From Schizochytrium sp. TIO01 (taxonomy: Eukaryota; Protista; Bigyra: Labyrinthulomycetes), in the NCBI GenBank assembly GCA_004764695.1, contig SMSO01000034.1, forward strand, positions 124,001-188,000: a stretch of 64,000 nt of DNA, given 5' to 3'. The notes beneath the pieces were generated by a model, which saw only the letters and a program-made list of their open reading frames with translations, searched no databases and was not told the origin of the DNA. A program made the position numbers and the translations under genes. This document shows positions 35,123-46,505 of the stretch, piece by piece; the stretch's first letter is position 1, and every line of letters starts with the position of its first letter.

Positions 35123-35997
35123 GGTATCGGAAAAAGGGTGCGAAGTTTTCATAGTGTACCTTGTGGTCAATTCCTTATGGCTTTTTTTTACTTCTAGTTA
35201 TTATATACCCGACTATTGTTAGTGCTAGAATACTTTATATTTTTGCAAAGTGCTTTAACTGCTTTATATCACAGCTAAAGAGCTGGGAGTTACGCCAATA
35301 AAGTTTTGTAAGATCAAATAGTCAAAATGAGGCTAACGGTACTTGAAGGGTTTCTGTAGAACAACAAAAAGTTCATATTTTACATCTAAAGCGTCGGAGG
35401 ATGATTTACATTCTCTGATCTGGCACTGAATACAATAAAAAGGTGCCAGTAGGCTTCTTAAAGAGGTGCACTGTACAGCAACCATTGAAGGGACCTATGA
35501 TTTTAGTTCCTTCTCGAAAGTGTAAAGAAGGACAAAATTGAAAGATGTCGCTTCATAAGATCACACATTCGCTAGGTAGTTCTGTCGAATCGGATAAATC
35601 AGACTTTTTTTTTTTCGTTGTGTGGTTGACTTGACTCAGAAGGCTCGAGGGATAATAGAGGGCATGATTGCAATTGCAATCTTGCTGTGAACCCCGCTTT
35701 TCATCAGTTATTGTCGCAACAAAATTGTAGGGAAACTGATGAGCCATCTGATGTCATGCAAATGATAAGGTACGCAAATCTATATTGTTCTAGCACCTCA
35801 TCCTTGTCGTAGTCAAGCGAATTTAAGTCTCCCGAACGATTACTAACCAATCAGAAAAGTTAACACTAGTTGGACCGTCGTGATATGAACTTCATATTAC
35901 CACTACATGTTACGTGAGATCTTTTCACTGCTTGATAAATACTTTTTGAGCAAGCCACGTCGGGAATCAATTTCCGTCCTAAGAGCTATGAAAATGG

Positions 35998-36001
<4 letters not shown>

Positions 36002-36034
<33 letters not shown>
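36002..36034 (+). repeat. (CT)n microsatellite
   Basis: Directly visible, ~440 nt upstream of TIR-C. Confidence 0.95.
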
Positions 36035-36037
<3 letters not shown>

Positions 36038-36471
36038 CGCTCTGTCTTGTGTGAAACATTCTATCCAGTCCATCAATTTTGGCAGATTGTCTTTCGTAAC
36101 ATCTCGACCTCTCTATCGGTCATGGCTGATTGACACGCCTAGTATTTGGTATCCAAGGGCTAAGAGGTACACACTGCGTAGTATCATCTTCCACGACCTA
36201 CCTAGACCTTTTTTCGGATAGCCATAGCTGAGCCTTAAACAGCACAGATTTTTCTTTTTAAAATCTGCTAGGGGGGGCGAGGCTTTCATCAGCAATAGCA
36301 GCATTCATTGCTTTAGATAAGAGTCTTGATCATAAGCATGAAGATTGTATTATAACTAATTAATAAGAACCTTAGTCTTGGTAAAACACAAAGACAGAAT
36401 CTGCAAGCAAACCAGTTACTCACGCGGTACGAAAAGTATATCGCTGTAAAGGCAATAGTTGGCCTAGAAAA

Positions 36472-39309
36472 ATGAATCAGGATGTAGTGTATGACCCACT
36501 CGACCAAAGGGCAATGAAGCCTTCTGAGGCGTATGCAACATGGGATGGCCTGTACTTTGCATCCTTGGAAACACAACAAATGTATCATCAACTTATCGAG
36601 AAGGGCTTTGAGGTGGTTCTCCATGATGGAAAGCCATCTCTTCGCCCAGCGCAAGCAACACGGATTTGGGCTAATAATCTTGTTCTTAAAGGTGTGAAAA
36701 AGGATAGCCACTATAATCTTGACAAGCTCAAGCCTGGACTTTATACCTTCGTGGCGTCTATTAGCGAGGCACGAAGTCGCATTAGTGGCATTCAAAAGTG
36801 TCACGTGCAACTTGAGGCTTTCAACAATCAAGGGAAAACGCTTGTTCTCTCAGAATCACAGAAAATTCGTATGGGAAATGCACCCCTTGAGATCAAGTTC
36901 GCAATGGAAACAGAAGGAGACGTAAGAATTCGTTTTTACAACCACAGTCTCTTCAATACTGTAAGGGTAAGCAGTTCCCTTGATTTCCGCAAGTTTCCAC
37001 GAATGAGACAGGACTTGTCGGACGCTAAGAAAAAGTCGTCATCAATTGCAGAGTACGGTGAGTTTTCAGTTGAGCTAACCAAAGACTGTTATGGGCTAGG
37101 GTTACATTTGTACTGGCACCCAGAGCTCAACGCAGTTTTTATATACGATATGGACTGTAACAGCACTGCACAGAGGTCTTGTAAAATCGAACATGGCGAC
37201 CGTCTTAAAGCAGTTCAAGGGCAGCGAGTTGAAAATATGACCCTAAGACAAGTTATCAAAGCACTTAGAAATGCACCGACTACTGCAGTTCTTCTTCTTG
37301 AACATGGGGAAGAGGGACTACAACTTAACCCTGATCTACCTGGCTCGCGCGTGTGTCACGTTGACATGCCATTAGAACAGTCCTTAACTACATCTCGTAG
37401 TTCAGTGTGTAGTCCAACCTCTCCGCAGTTGGACGACAACTTGAGCTTGTTTGACTGCATCAAGCTGGGAAGCTTCGAATCTGTTCAGCGCCTTCTCGTA
37501 AGGGATCTAGCTTTGCTCAATACAAGGGACAACCTAAAGAGTCTTACTCCTCTCATGTGGGCAATTCATTCTGAGAGCGGGGGTCATCCCGACATTGCTC
37601 TGTATTTGATTGAAAGCGGGGCAGACATCAACGCTAGAGATAAGATGGGAATGACTATCCTTATGTATGCCTGTCAGTATCGTCAACGACTTGTTGCACA
37701 AGCACTTTTAAAACTTGAGGTTGATCTCAATGCACAAGATATCGAGGGTAGAACTGCTCTAATGTATGCTTGCTTACAAGACCAGGTGGACGTTGTGCGA
37801 GAAATACTCAATATTGGAGCTGATCCTAATCTTCAAGACTCGGAAGGGTTTACTGCTCTTATGTATCCTTGCTGTAAGGAGATCGCTTCTTATGAAGGGG
37901 GGCGCGAAGACGTCGTTGATCCCTTGTCCATGGACTGTGTGCAAACCTGTTGGATTGCGGGCACAGACTTACACATTCAGACAAAGGAAAGGCATCGAGC
38001 GATTGATTTAGCAAGTTGTTTTCATCGTCGAGACATAGAGTCCTTTTTTAATTTCATCATGGATCCTGATGGACTGGCTAAAACTCTTGAGAATGACCTT
38101 CAATTAAATCGCAAATGCATTGTGGCATTTTATAATGCAGAATACCGCACCAAAAAAGACTGTACTCAATATCTCGTTGATGCAGATCTTGTGAAGATGG
38201 GGTTGGACAATCTTCAGCAAAGAAATGCTTTACTTGCATACTTTAATGCAGCGAATGATATACCTATGCTTCCAGTTCCCTCACCCCGTAGTGCCGCCAG
38301 TTCGCTGGAACACCAGTTTTTATCAAGTTTTGAAGCAGAAGAAGTTCCACCTCCGCCACCGCATTCTATATTGCAGCAAACAAATGAAAGCTCTTCGCAT
38401 GCACTGCCTCAGGCAAATATCACATCGCCACATGATAAAGATGTAGTTACTTCAGATACAGCTTATCCTCTTATCAAATCGCTCCAGAGTGGATCGGCAT
38501 CAACTTTACCTTTGCAAAATTTGCAAAGTAAGAGCAACGGTTCTGAACATCTATCGTCCGTTCGTCAACGAAGCACAAGTGATGCAACAATAAAAGAATC
38601 ACCGTCCTCACCTACAGATAGGATGAGTAGGACATCGTTTGATGCGGCAAAGGCTTCTGGGGATGAGACTTCTGCGAACTCTTCTTCCACGGCCTCTGGA
38701 TTATCAACTTCAAGGGTGGAAGCAGGAATCCATCGTTTATCTGGATCTTATCAAACTTGTGGAGTACCCACACATTGCGATGAGAGGAAGACTGAAGTTA
38801 CTGAAAAATTGCAGCCCCGTCACTACGCTACGGCGCCGGGCTCATGTCAAATATTTTCTGAACCTATTTCTTCGCAAATGCAAAGATATGATGCGTTCTT
38901 ATCTCACGACTGGGGTGCACGAGGGCAAGACCACGCCACTGTTCTTGAGATAAGCGAAAAGCTTCGAGGTGCAGGCAAACGAGTCTGGATAGATGAAGAT
39001 TTCCTTGAAGGAAATATTGGAGCAGAGGCAACTGAAGGCTTACAAGCCTCAACAAGAATTCTCTTGTTCATCACGCGCCGGTACATGAATAAACTTGCAC
39101 GCACAATAGATGATGTCTGTAAGAACGAGTTCCTTCAAGCTCGTGAATTCCACAAGCCAGAGGATCTCATTGCTATTGTAATTGACCCAGCTGTGACAGA
39201 TTCGAGCAGATGGACCGGTCTCTTGGCAGAGAGTAAACAAAACGTGATTGATTTCAGTACCCCGGAAAAGCGCAACGCAAACTTCTCGCAACTTCTCACT
39301 CTTCTCTAG
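36472..39309 (+). CDS. Unknown N-domain - PDZ - ankyrin repeats - SAM - TIR protein (TIR-C, 945 aa)
   Basis: PDZ FSVELTKDCYGLGL..IEHGDRLKAVQG..VIKALRNAP (~37060-37305). Ankyrins LTPLMWA, GMTILMYAC, GRTALMYAC, GFTALMY. SAM-like LAKTLENDLQL..AFYNAEY..YLVDADLVKMGL..QQRNALL (~38070-38245). TIR YDAFLSHDWG..VWIDE..EGLQAS..LFITRRY..VCKNEF (E886). Confidence 0.85.
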   Translation: MNQDVVYDPLDQRAMKPSEAYATWDGLYFASLETQQMYHQLIEKGFEVVLHDGKPSLRPAQATRIWANNLVLKGVKKDSHYNLDKLKPGLYTFVASISEARSRISGIQKCHVQLEAFNNQGKTLVLSESQKIRMGNAPLEIKFAMETEGDVRIRFYNHSLFNTVRVSSSLDFRKFPRMRQDLSDAKKKSSSIAEYGEFSVELTKDCYGLGLHLYWHPELNAVFIYDMDCNSTAQRSCKIEHGDRLKAVQGQRVENMTLRQVIKALRNAPTTAVLLLEHGEEGLQLNPDLPGSRVCHVDMPLEQSLTTSRSSVCSPTSPQLDDNLSLFDCIKLGSFESVQRLLVRDLALLNTRDNLKSLTPLMWAIHSESGGHPDIALYLIESGADINARDKMGMTILMYACQYRQRLVAQALLKLEVDLNAQDIEGRTALMYACLQDQVDVVREILNIGADPNLQDSEGFTALMYPCCKEIASYEGGREDVVDPLSMDCVQTCWIAGTDLHIQTKERHRAIDLASCFHRRDIESFFNFIMDPDGLAKTLENDLQLNRKCIVAFYNAEYRTKKDCTQYLVDADLVKMGLDNLQQRNALLAYFNAANDIPMLPVPSPRSAASSLEHQFLSSFEAEEVPPPPPHSILQQTNESSSHALPQANITSPHDKDVVTSDTAYPLIKSLQSGSASTLPLQNLQSKSNGSEHLSSVRQRSTSDATIKESPSSPTDRMSRTSFDAAKASGDETSANSSSTASGLSTSRVEAGIHRLSGSYQTCGVPTHCDERKTEVTEKLQPRHYATAPGSCQIFSEPISSQMQRYDAFLSHDWGARGQDHATVLEISEKLRGAGKRVWIDEDFLEGNIGAEATEGLQASTRILLFITRRYMNKLARTIDDVCKNEFLQAREFHKPEDLIAIVIDPAVTDSSRWTGLLAESKQNVIDFSTPEKRNANFSQLLTLL

Positions 39310-39828
39310 CTAATTTACTGAATCTACGTGCAAGAGATACTGTTAAGAAGATTCAGGCAATCGCTTGCTGCTGTATACCAGGTAGTAGTATTTCCAAGGA
39401 TGGGAAATCTATCACAAGCCCAAGTTGTAAGTGCTGGACAATCATTGGGTTAAAAAAATAGAGAACTTAACATCTAACTCTTTAAAATTGCAATAGATAT
39501 GAGTTTCGATAGGCTGTCACACGAAATACGTAAGGAATCTCGAGTTTTTTAAATTCTTCGTCGAATCTCTGATTCTATTGAAGACATCCCCCCTTCCCCC
39601 CCCCCCTCCGTGTTTCTCTTTTGCCGTCGGCGAAGGTGTTTGTTGCTGTTGCTTCCTCGAAATAATCTTGCTTGGGAGACGGAAAAAATATTGACAATGC
39701 ATTTTATCAACTCGACCTTCTTTCAATTCTCTCCTCTAATAATGCCAAAGCTTAGCATATTACGGTCAAAAGAGAAAAGCCAAATGCACGTGTAAAAGAC
39801 TGGGGTTTATTAAAAGCCCTAGGCTGAT

Positions 39829-40521
39829 TTATGCTGCAGTCGCATTAGCCTCAGTTTCAGGAACTTGGCGAACGTAGAGTACATTATTGGTACGGATCAA
39901 CACTTCACCGATGCTGCCTTCAAATTGGCCGTTCAGAAATTCCTGAGTTCCGCTAAGCTGCAAGTTGAAGTAGCTATCAAAGCTGACGAGGTGGCCTTTG
40001 TACTCGTGCTGTCCACCCGAACAAACAAACATATATTAGGGATGGTTAGTTTTCGCTCTTCCCCATTGTAGTCCTTCTCCTCAGAGAACAAAGGTGGCTT
40101 TTCACTACAAAACTTTTGAGATGGTAGCTGTACGCGTTGCACCAATTTTTTAAAAGCAAAAGATAAAACTTACACCCCACTTCAATTTGACGATGACCTC
40201 TTTGCCCACCATATCGGTGAGAAAAGGTTTCGGATTTTGAATTGCTGCCTGTAAACCGCAAGAATCAGTTTTGTGAACGTTATTTCGCATGAAAAACAAC
40301 AACAGAAGAAGACATACAGCATTGAAGATAGTCTCGAAGACCATTTGTTTTTGTCAGTCATAGTTTCCACCATATATTTCGGCGCCAAGAAAGAAAACGA
40401 TAGCCTTAGATTGAGCTTGTACACTGGAGATGTTTAGGTAGGTTCATCATCACCAGTCTACGCGATCGCGTAGCTGAGAGACGAGGCGCCCTCGAGGCTT
40501 CGCGAGTGAGCCACGTACCAT
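39829..40521 (-). CDS. SNRPF: Small nuclear ribonucleoprotein F (3 exons: 40521-40519, 40248-40174, 40008-39829)
   Basis: Spliced product MAAIQNPKPFLTDMVGKEVIVKLKWG|HEYKGHLVSFDSYFNLQL..GEVLIRTNNVLY. Introns ATG|GTACGT..TACAG and GGT|GTAAGT..GACAG keep frame. Confidence 0.9.
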
Positions 40522-41202
40522 CTTAGTTGACCTTGGTTATTTGATTGTGTGTTTGTCCGTCTGTTAAGTTTAATACAGGTTGCGAGGCTGCACGATAGGT
40601 CCAGGACAGTCAATGCCAACCCTCCAGTACCGTGCTCTTTGCAATGTATCCTGCGGTGTCGCGATCGCCCGCTCGCTGGTTGTTTAATTGACGACCGAAG
40701 TTCAATTTTAATCATCGATCAATCATTCGCCAAAAAGAATGAAAGTGACTCAAATAATTTTAGACCACTTTCCTTATCTGAGAGCATCTCTTGTTTTGTT
40801 AGCATTTGCTCATTCGTCATTCACAAAGAAAGACTCTGGAGCGAGTTTCTCCTCTGCCCCAAAACAGAGACCAAGAGGAATTTAAAGATGAAGGTACACG
40901 CTATTGAACTCTGCACGACTTGTTTCAAGGTGACATTAGGTTAAAATTAAGGCATAGAAAAGGTGTTTGAGGATTGGTCGGTGAGGGTTATGTATGATCA
41001 AAGTATGAACGAGGCGAAGGTAAAGAAGGAGAGAGAAAAAGTCAAGACAAGTTTTAATATGTTGGAATGGAAGGGCCAAGGAAAGCAAAGCAAAGAAAGG
41101 AAAGGGAGACTGTTACACAGAAGAACAGAGGAACTAGCTTCATTGTATACGTTTGGGTACCCACGTTAAGAAAAAGAAACGTGAGGTCATAACAGACCAA
41201 GT

Positions 41203-42933
41203 TTAAAGGGACTCATTATCATCATCGTCTTCAAGGGCATCAGTTGAGTTTTTGTTCTCGCGGGCGAGACTCATCTCATCAAGAAGATGCTCCACACCGA
41301 TAAGCGGGGCATCCTCCTCAATGCCATCCTCCTCGTCGTCATCATCGCCGGTAGCGGCCTGGTTGGTCGTGCGTTTGGGAGTGTGTTTGTAAAGGTTCAT
41401 CTTGGAGCGGAACTCAGCATCTTCCTCGATATCACGCATGAACATCTCACGGTCACGCTCGAGGTTAGCGTCCTTCTCGTCAGTGGAAATCATGCCAAAG
41501 CCAGCATCGACGCCCTCGGCGTTCACCACCATGGACTTGAGCTTCCAGTTCCGGTGCTTGGCAGCTGACTTGCGGTACTTCGGGTAGTGTTTGCGAACGA
41601 GCACAACGTCGGGGATGAGGTCCTTGTCTGCAAGCTTATCTGTGGTTTCGTCGTTGAGGTTGACAGAGCGCATATCGTAGCCGAGAGCCATGTCACCTGG
41701 TTTGAGAACGTAGCCCAAGTGAGTTTGCACGAAGAAGCGATTGTCATTGACGCCAAAGTCATCCTCGCGAGCAATTTCAACGATGGCCATACGGTGCGAG
41801 GAGCTCAAGTTGTCGCCCTTTACAGTCAGAACCGAGTTAGGAAGGCGACCTGCACCACGGGCACGAGTCTTGCCACGACCCTTCTGTCGCCTGCGTTTGC
41901 TGCCGATCTTGACTTGGGGGACTTCTTCGGCTTCGTCCTCCTCATCATCAGGTTGGTTCTGCACAAGCTCTGGCATTTCTTGGAGCTGAACATCGAGCAC
42001 AATGAAAGGCACGAGGCGCAACGAGGAGAGCACTGCGCGAAAGGGCTCTGCGAAGTAGCGTTCTCCGGTGAGCTCAGCAACCTGGCATGTTTTGGGATCG
42101 ATGAAGCGCATGACATTGGTCACAGACTGGCACAATACGAACTGAGAGATAGACCCAATTTTTTGGGCCACAGCCTTGGGCAGACAAATGGCGTCATCGC
42201 GACAAATGGGCACGATCTCGGTGGAGTATGTGAAATTGTGGATAGAGGTGTTGCTCTTGAGATCCTGAGAAATGATCTTCTTGGATGTCTTGTAGCGAAG
42301 CGGGACCACAGTTTCCAGAAAATCAAGGAATCGCACAGCATCATTTCGAGCTGAGAAGAAAAAGTCCACACCATCTGGCATGGGCTCTACTCGCACAGTT
42401 CGTGAGTCCTGCTGGTGCTTAAGAATAAGCTGCTCCAAGTACAGGAATGTACGCTTGTGCTCCACCTTCTGACGCAGCTGCACAACGGAGTTCCAAGTAA
42501 AACTTGCCTCCTGCATGTGACAGTCCTCGCACATTTTATTCTGAACCACAAACTCCACTACGCATGCCTGTTGAAGCTTTACCTGCGGAGCGACCTCGTC
42601 CTGAACCACGAGCTTTACTTTAATACGCTTAGAGTGTTCCTCAGTCCACACAAACGAAGCGTCTACTAAATGAACTTTCGTGAGGCCCTTAATCTTTTTC
42701 AAACACAGCGCCAGGAGACCTTTACTCTCAGGCTCGCAGTAAATCCATCCTGCCTGAGGTTTCTGGTATCGCTCACAGCCTTTACACCGCATGAGCACTC
42801 CGTTTTTCGCTAGCTCTGCAGTCACATCGTGCTTAGTTTGCAGGCACTGAGCGCAAGTGTTTATGCGATTTGCCTGCATGGTGACTCCACACATGCAGCA
42901 CACGCCCATGGTGGGCGCAGCGACACTCGCCAT
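41203..42933 (-). CDS. NMD3: 60S ribosomal export protein NMD3
   Basis: CCMCG..CAQC, CKGCERY, WTEEHSKRIKVKL, VQLRQKVEHKRTFLYLEQLILKH, THLG..LKPGD..GYD; C-terminal NES-like LLDEMSL. Confidence 0.95.
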   Translation of the reverse strand: MASVAAPTMGVCCMCGVTMQANRINTCAQCLQTKHDVTAELAKNGVLMRCKGCERYQKPQAGWIYCEPESKGLLALCLKKIKGLTKVHLVDASFVWTEEHSKRIKVKLVVQDEVAPQVKLQQACVVEFVVQNKMCEDCHMQEASFTWNSVVQLRQKVEHKRTFLYLEQLILKHQQDSRTVRVEPMPDGVDFFFSARNDAVRFLDFLETVVPLRYKTSKKIISQDLKSNTSIHNFTYSTEIVPICRDDAICLPKAVAQKIGSISQFVLCQSVTNVMRFIDPKTCQVAELTGERYFAEPFRAVLSSLRLVPFIVLDVQLQEMPELVQNQPDDEEDEAEEVPQVKIGSKRRRQKGRGKTRARGAGRLPNSVLTVKGDNLSSSHRMAIVEIAREDDFGVNDNRFFVQTHLGYVLKPGDMALGYDMRSVNLNDETTDKLADKDLIPDVVLVRKHYPKYRKSAAKHRNWKLKSMVVNAEGVDAGFGMISTDEKDANLERDREMFMRDIEEDAEFRSKMNLYKHTPKRTTNQAATGDDDDEEDGIEEDAPLIGVEHLLDEMSLARENKNSTDALEDDDDNESL

Positions 42934-43778
42934 TTTATTGACTTCCTTGCTGAGTGAAGATTGGCAAGCAAGAACCTTGATTCCAGGCCGAGTTTACCAC
43001 GAAACTCGAGACTCTTGACGGACCCAAGTTCGAATCGATCTTAGGACCCGTGAAAACTTCTTTGCAACGACCTCGCGCGCCGCGAAGCCCGCAAAGAGAT
43101 CGGAAACCGACTCCGCTTTGGCGGTTCTGGCGATTACTTCGAATCGAAGAGCTCCGGCACCAACCAGCCACCCGAGTAGTATTCTCGGAATTCCTAGATG
43201 TTCCGGTTCTTTCTTCCGGAATTCCGTCATTTGATTATCACTTATACCTACTATCACCTATGAAGAACAAGGTACGAAACACTATAGCGTAACTACTAAG
43301 TAGTAGTACCTACCATGTAAGTAAGTCTATTCGAGTAGTTCTCTAGCTAGAGTACATGAAACTTGGAATTAGAATTGGAATTGGTGTTTCTGAACATTTG
43401 GGGCACTTGGAGTTTAATTATCTGGATCCTGGTTGGGCTTAATATGGAATTTATGTCTTGCGTTTAGTCTCCAATGGCTTGAGGGCCTCATGCTGCTAGA
43501 ACGAGTGTGGGAGAGTTGTTTGAAAGGTGGTTTGTTTTAAAGAGGCCTATGCAACACGACCAAGATGTAGAGATGGGACTAAGACCATAAATGCAGCGCA
43601 AAAGTAAGCAACTACTTTCAGGGCGTACACAAGAAGTCAGCTCCAGCTCCAAAAGTTGGCATCATAAGTGATGTTTAGCTAGCTCGTAAAATGGGATTTT
43701 TTTTTTTTTTGGCTGTTCACCCGTTGACTGGAAGGGTGCATGCTTGAGATATTCTGAGCGTCGAGTGCGATAGATATC

Positions 43779-44346
43779 ATGCTTCGTGGGGAGACGGTTG
43801 AGGTCCTGGATGGTGCTGGCAATGTTGTGCATTCTCTGGGCCACGGCCTGGCGAAGGCCCGGGGCCGCAAGCGTAAGACCATTACTAACGCTGAGGTTTG
43901 GCATGCCTTTTGCCATTTGGATCAAGACTCACAAGACTTTGAGTGACAAGACGAAGGAGAAGGTTTACATGAATGTGGGACGGTGTGCTGATACGAATGA
44001 CCACACGTCAATGGACAAGGACGAGTGGAATGACTACCACCATGGGCTAGGTCCCAAGAAGATCAAGAGTCTAAGTAACCGTGACTCATTTGATGGTAGT
44101 GTGAACTTTGTGTACGCTCAGCGTGTCGCCGAGCGCTCGGAGGACAAGCGCAACGATACTCACTCGTTTATGATTGAGTTTAGCAAGCAAGGGGATGCCA
44201 ATATGGCTATCAATATTAGTGTTGACGTTGTTTACGTTCAAACTAGCCCCCAAACGAGTGGGGGCAAGACCAAGCGCATTTGCACTACTTTGACGCTTAC
44301 AACCCATAGTACCCCTTGGGTGTTACGAACCACCTTCAACTTGTAA
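43779..44346 (+). pseudogene. Probable frameshifted gene fragment of unknown family
   Basis: MLRGETVEVLDGAGNVVHSLGHGLAKARGRKRKTITNAEVWHAF joins AIWIKTHKTLSDKTKEKVYMNVGRCADTND... if one T of TTTT (43908-43911) is removed. Codon usage looks coding-like. Confidence 0.35.
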
Positions 44347-46458
44347 GTGAGACTTAAAAAAAAAAAAGGAAAGAAATGCAACTGCTTTCTTTATCCTGTT
44401 TTAGACTCCCTGCAGGATCATTTTCGCAATTGCTACATGTCCCTAGTTTGGCGATTCCTTGTCCCCGCATAGAGCTGTTATGGTGAGCCATGCGACTATT
44501 TTTTTGTTGTTGTTGTTGGCAATAGTGTTCACTGCATAAATGTGAAGCGGGCTAGGTCATCGCCAAGCACACTCATGATGATGCTGAAATAGAAAACCCC
44601 TAGAATCTAAAAGTTGCAATATTTGCAAGGTTACATAATCCTTAGTATGGTTGCTACGTTGACTGTGAGAAACACAGCCACCGTTTAGACTTGTTTCGTA
44701 TTCTCTCCACTGCGATTGCTATACTGAATTTAGATTTAAAGGAAGACATACTGCTTAGCAACCTTGTGCGATTGTAAGCCTTTGCCCACCAGGACATTTT
44801 GAGGGGGGACTTGTTTCCTTTCCAAGATTCCATGCTTTCATGATCAGTGTCTTTCTCCATTTCTGTCTCTCGCCCATCTTCTTGGCCATATACACGTCTG
44901 CAAGTGCCCACATGTGTCTCTCAGCTCTCAAGCGCGAAAGCAGCACTACGTGAGACTGCAACGGAACTAGGTACCTGGTAGTACACATGCGACTGTGTTT
45001 TGCATTACATTATCACCCCACCTCAAGAGAAGGCCGGTAGGAGGTAGGTACTGCTAACCAAATGTCTATCAAATCGAGAACCGCGGCGTCGAAAATGGGT
45101 CCGCAAAACACAGCTGGCAGTTGCGTCTTTGTGGGCTTGTGAATCACGATTTCCACCGCTCGATATAGAACTTCGCGTTGAATGAATGCTCTAAGTAGGA
45201 TGCAGCGAGAGCCAAAGGCGGCGAGGGAACGCACTGGTGCAGCTTCAATCGTCACGCCCGAGCATGCCGTGATGACTCTCAGAAGCAGATCGCACAGGAC
45301 TAGGCATTGAAGATGTAATGGAGTGGAATGCGAACCGTAGTAGATATCTCACGTGTTTTCAAGAAAACAAAACGTCAAGATGCAAACAAACTGCAAGCGA
45401 GATCCAGACTTTGATAAATCGCTGACTCCGTTGAAGTGCACCATCTTGGACTCAGAGAGTTCTTCTTTAAGGCAAGCTATATGAGCGTCCTCGCGTGACT
45501 GGGCATCCTCCGCCCCGGAGCACTTCTGCGGATGGGCTTCACGAACGCCTCCATCGATGCAATAATCTTAATACCATCCGTCTAAACTTATGAACCTGCT
45601 TTAGAATAGTTTTTTAAGTTAAACAAACATCTGTTGTACCCAGTAATTTATTTGTTGCCAATATTCCTCTTCCTCATGGAGAGAGCATAGGCCTTCAAAG
45701 GCAATAAAATCCTGCATCATGGCAGGCGCGATGAGGCGTGCATGCAAGGTTCGCTATGCAATTCCATTCAATTCAATTCAATTCAAGTCAATCAATTCAA
45801 GTCAAGGCAATCGATTTGATGATGGTATATGTCTTTAAGCATTCTTGTTTTTTTTTTGTTTTTTTTTTTTTCAATTAAAGAATTCTGCACGTGTTGTACT
45901 TTCTTCCTTTCTAACTTTAATTTATCTTTCCTTTTTAAAGCAAAGAAAGGAGGAGCGAAAGTTGGAGACACGCAACTCAGGCCGCTGCAATTCTTGACAG
46001 GAACTAAAGCTGTTCCCGGAGCTTGGCGTCAGTAATTTTGTTTGACGTGCGAGAGAAATACCAACAATATGCGAGTATGGAAGGGGGGAGCCTAAAACCA
46101 AATTAACGACGTGGAGGCAATTTTCATTTATTTGTTTCTTCTAACGTGAAACTAATATAACAAACAAAGCAAAACAAAAAAACTTGAGGAATAAACAATA
46201 ATCATAAAGTAAGAAACATTTAAAAATAAAATTTTTAATAAAATAAAAATTAAAACAAATAAAATTGAACAAGTAAATGGTGATATACCATTCATTACAA
46301 AAGGCAATATCGTTTAAACGTGGTCAATCAGGTGCATCAAAATAAGCGATCGAATGGGTGGCTTGTGGACAGCCAGTGCGAGCTTTGGTAAGCTGCTATG
46401 CTTCCTCTGAGGTACCAGAACTGGTGAAGATATCGTTCTACCTCAAGAGATAAAGAAA

Positions 46459-46505
46459 GCAAACAAGCAAGCAAGCAAGCAAACAAGCAAGCAAGCAAGC
46501 AAGCA
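46459..46505 (+). repeat. (CAAG/CAAA)n microsatellite
   Basis: gcaaacaagcaagcaagcaagcaaacaagcaagcaagcaagcaagc. Confidence 0.9.
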
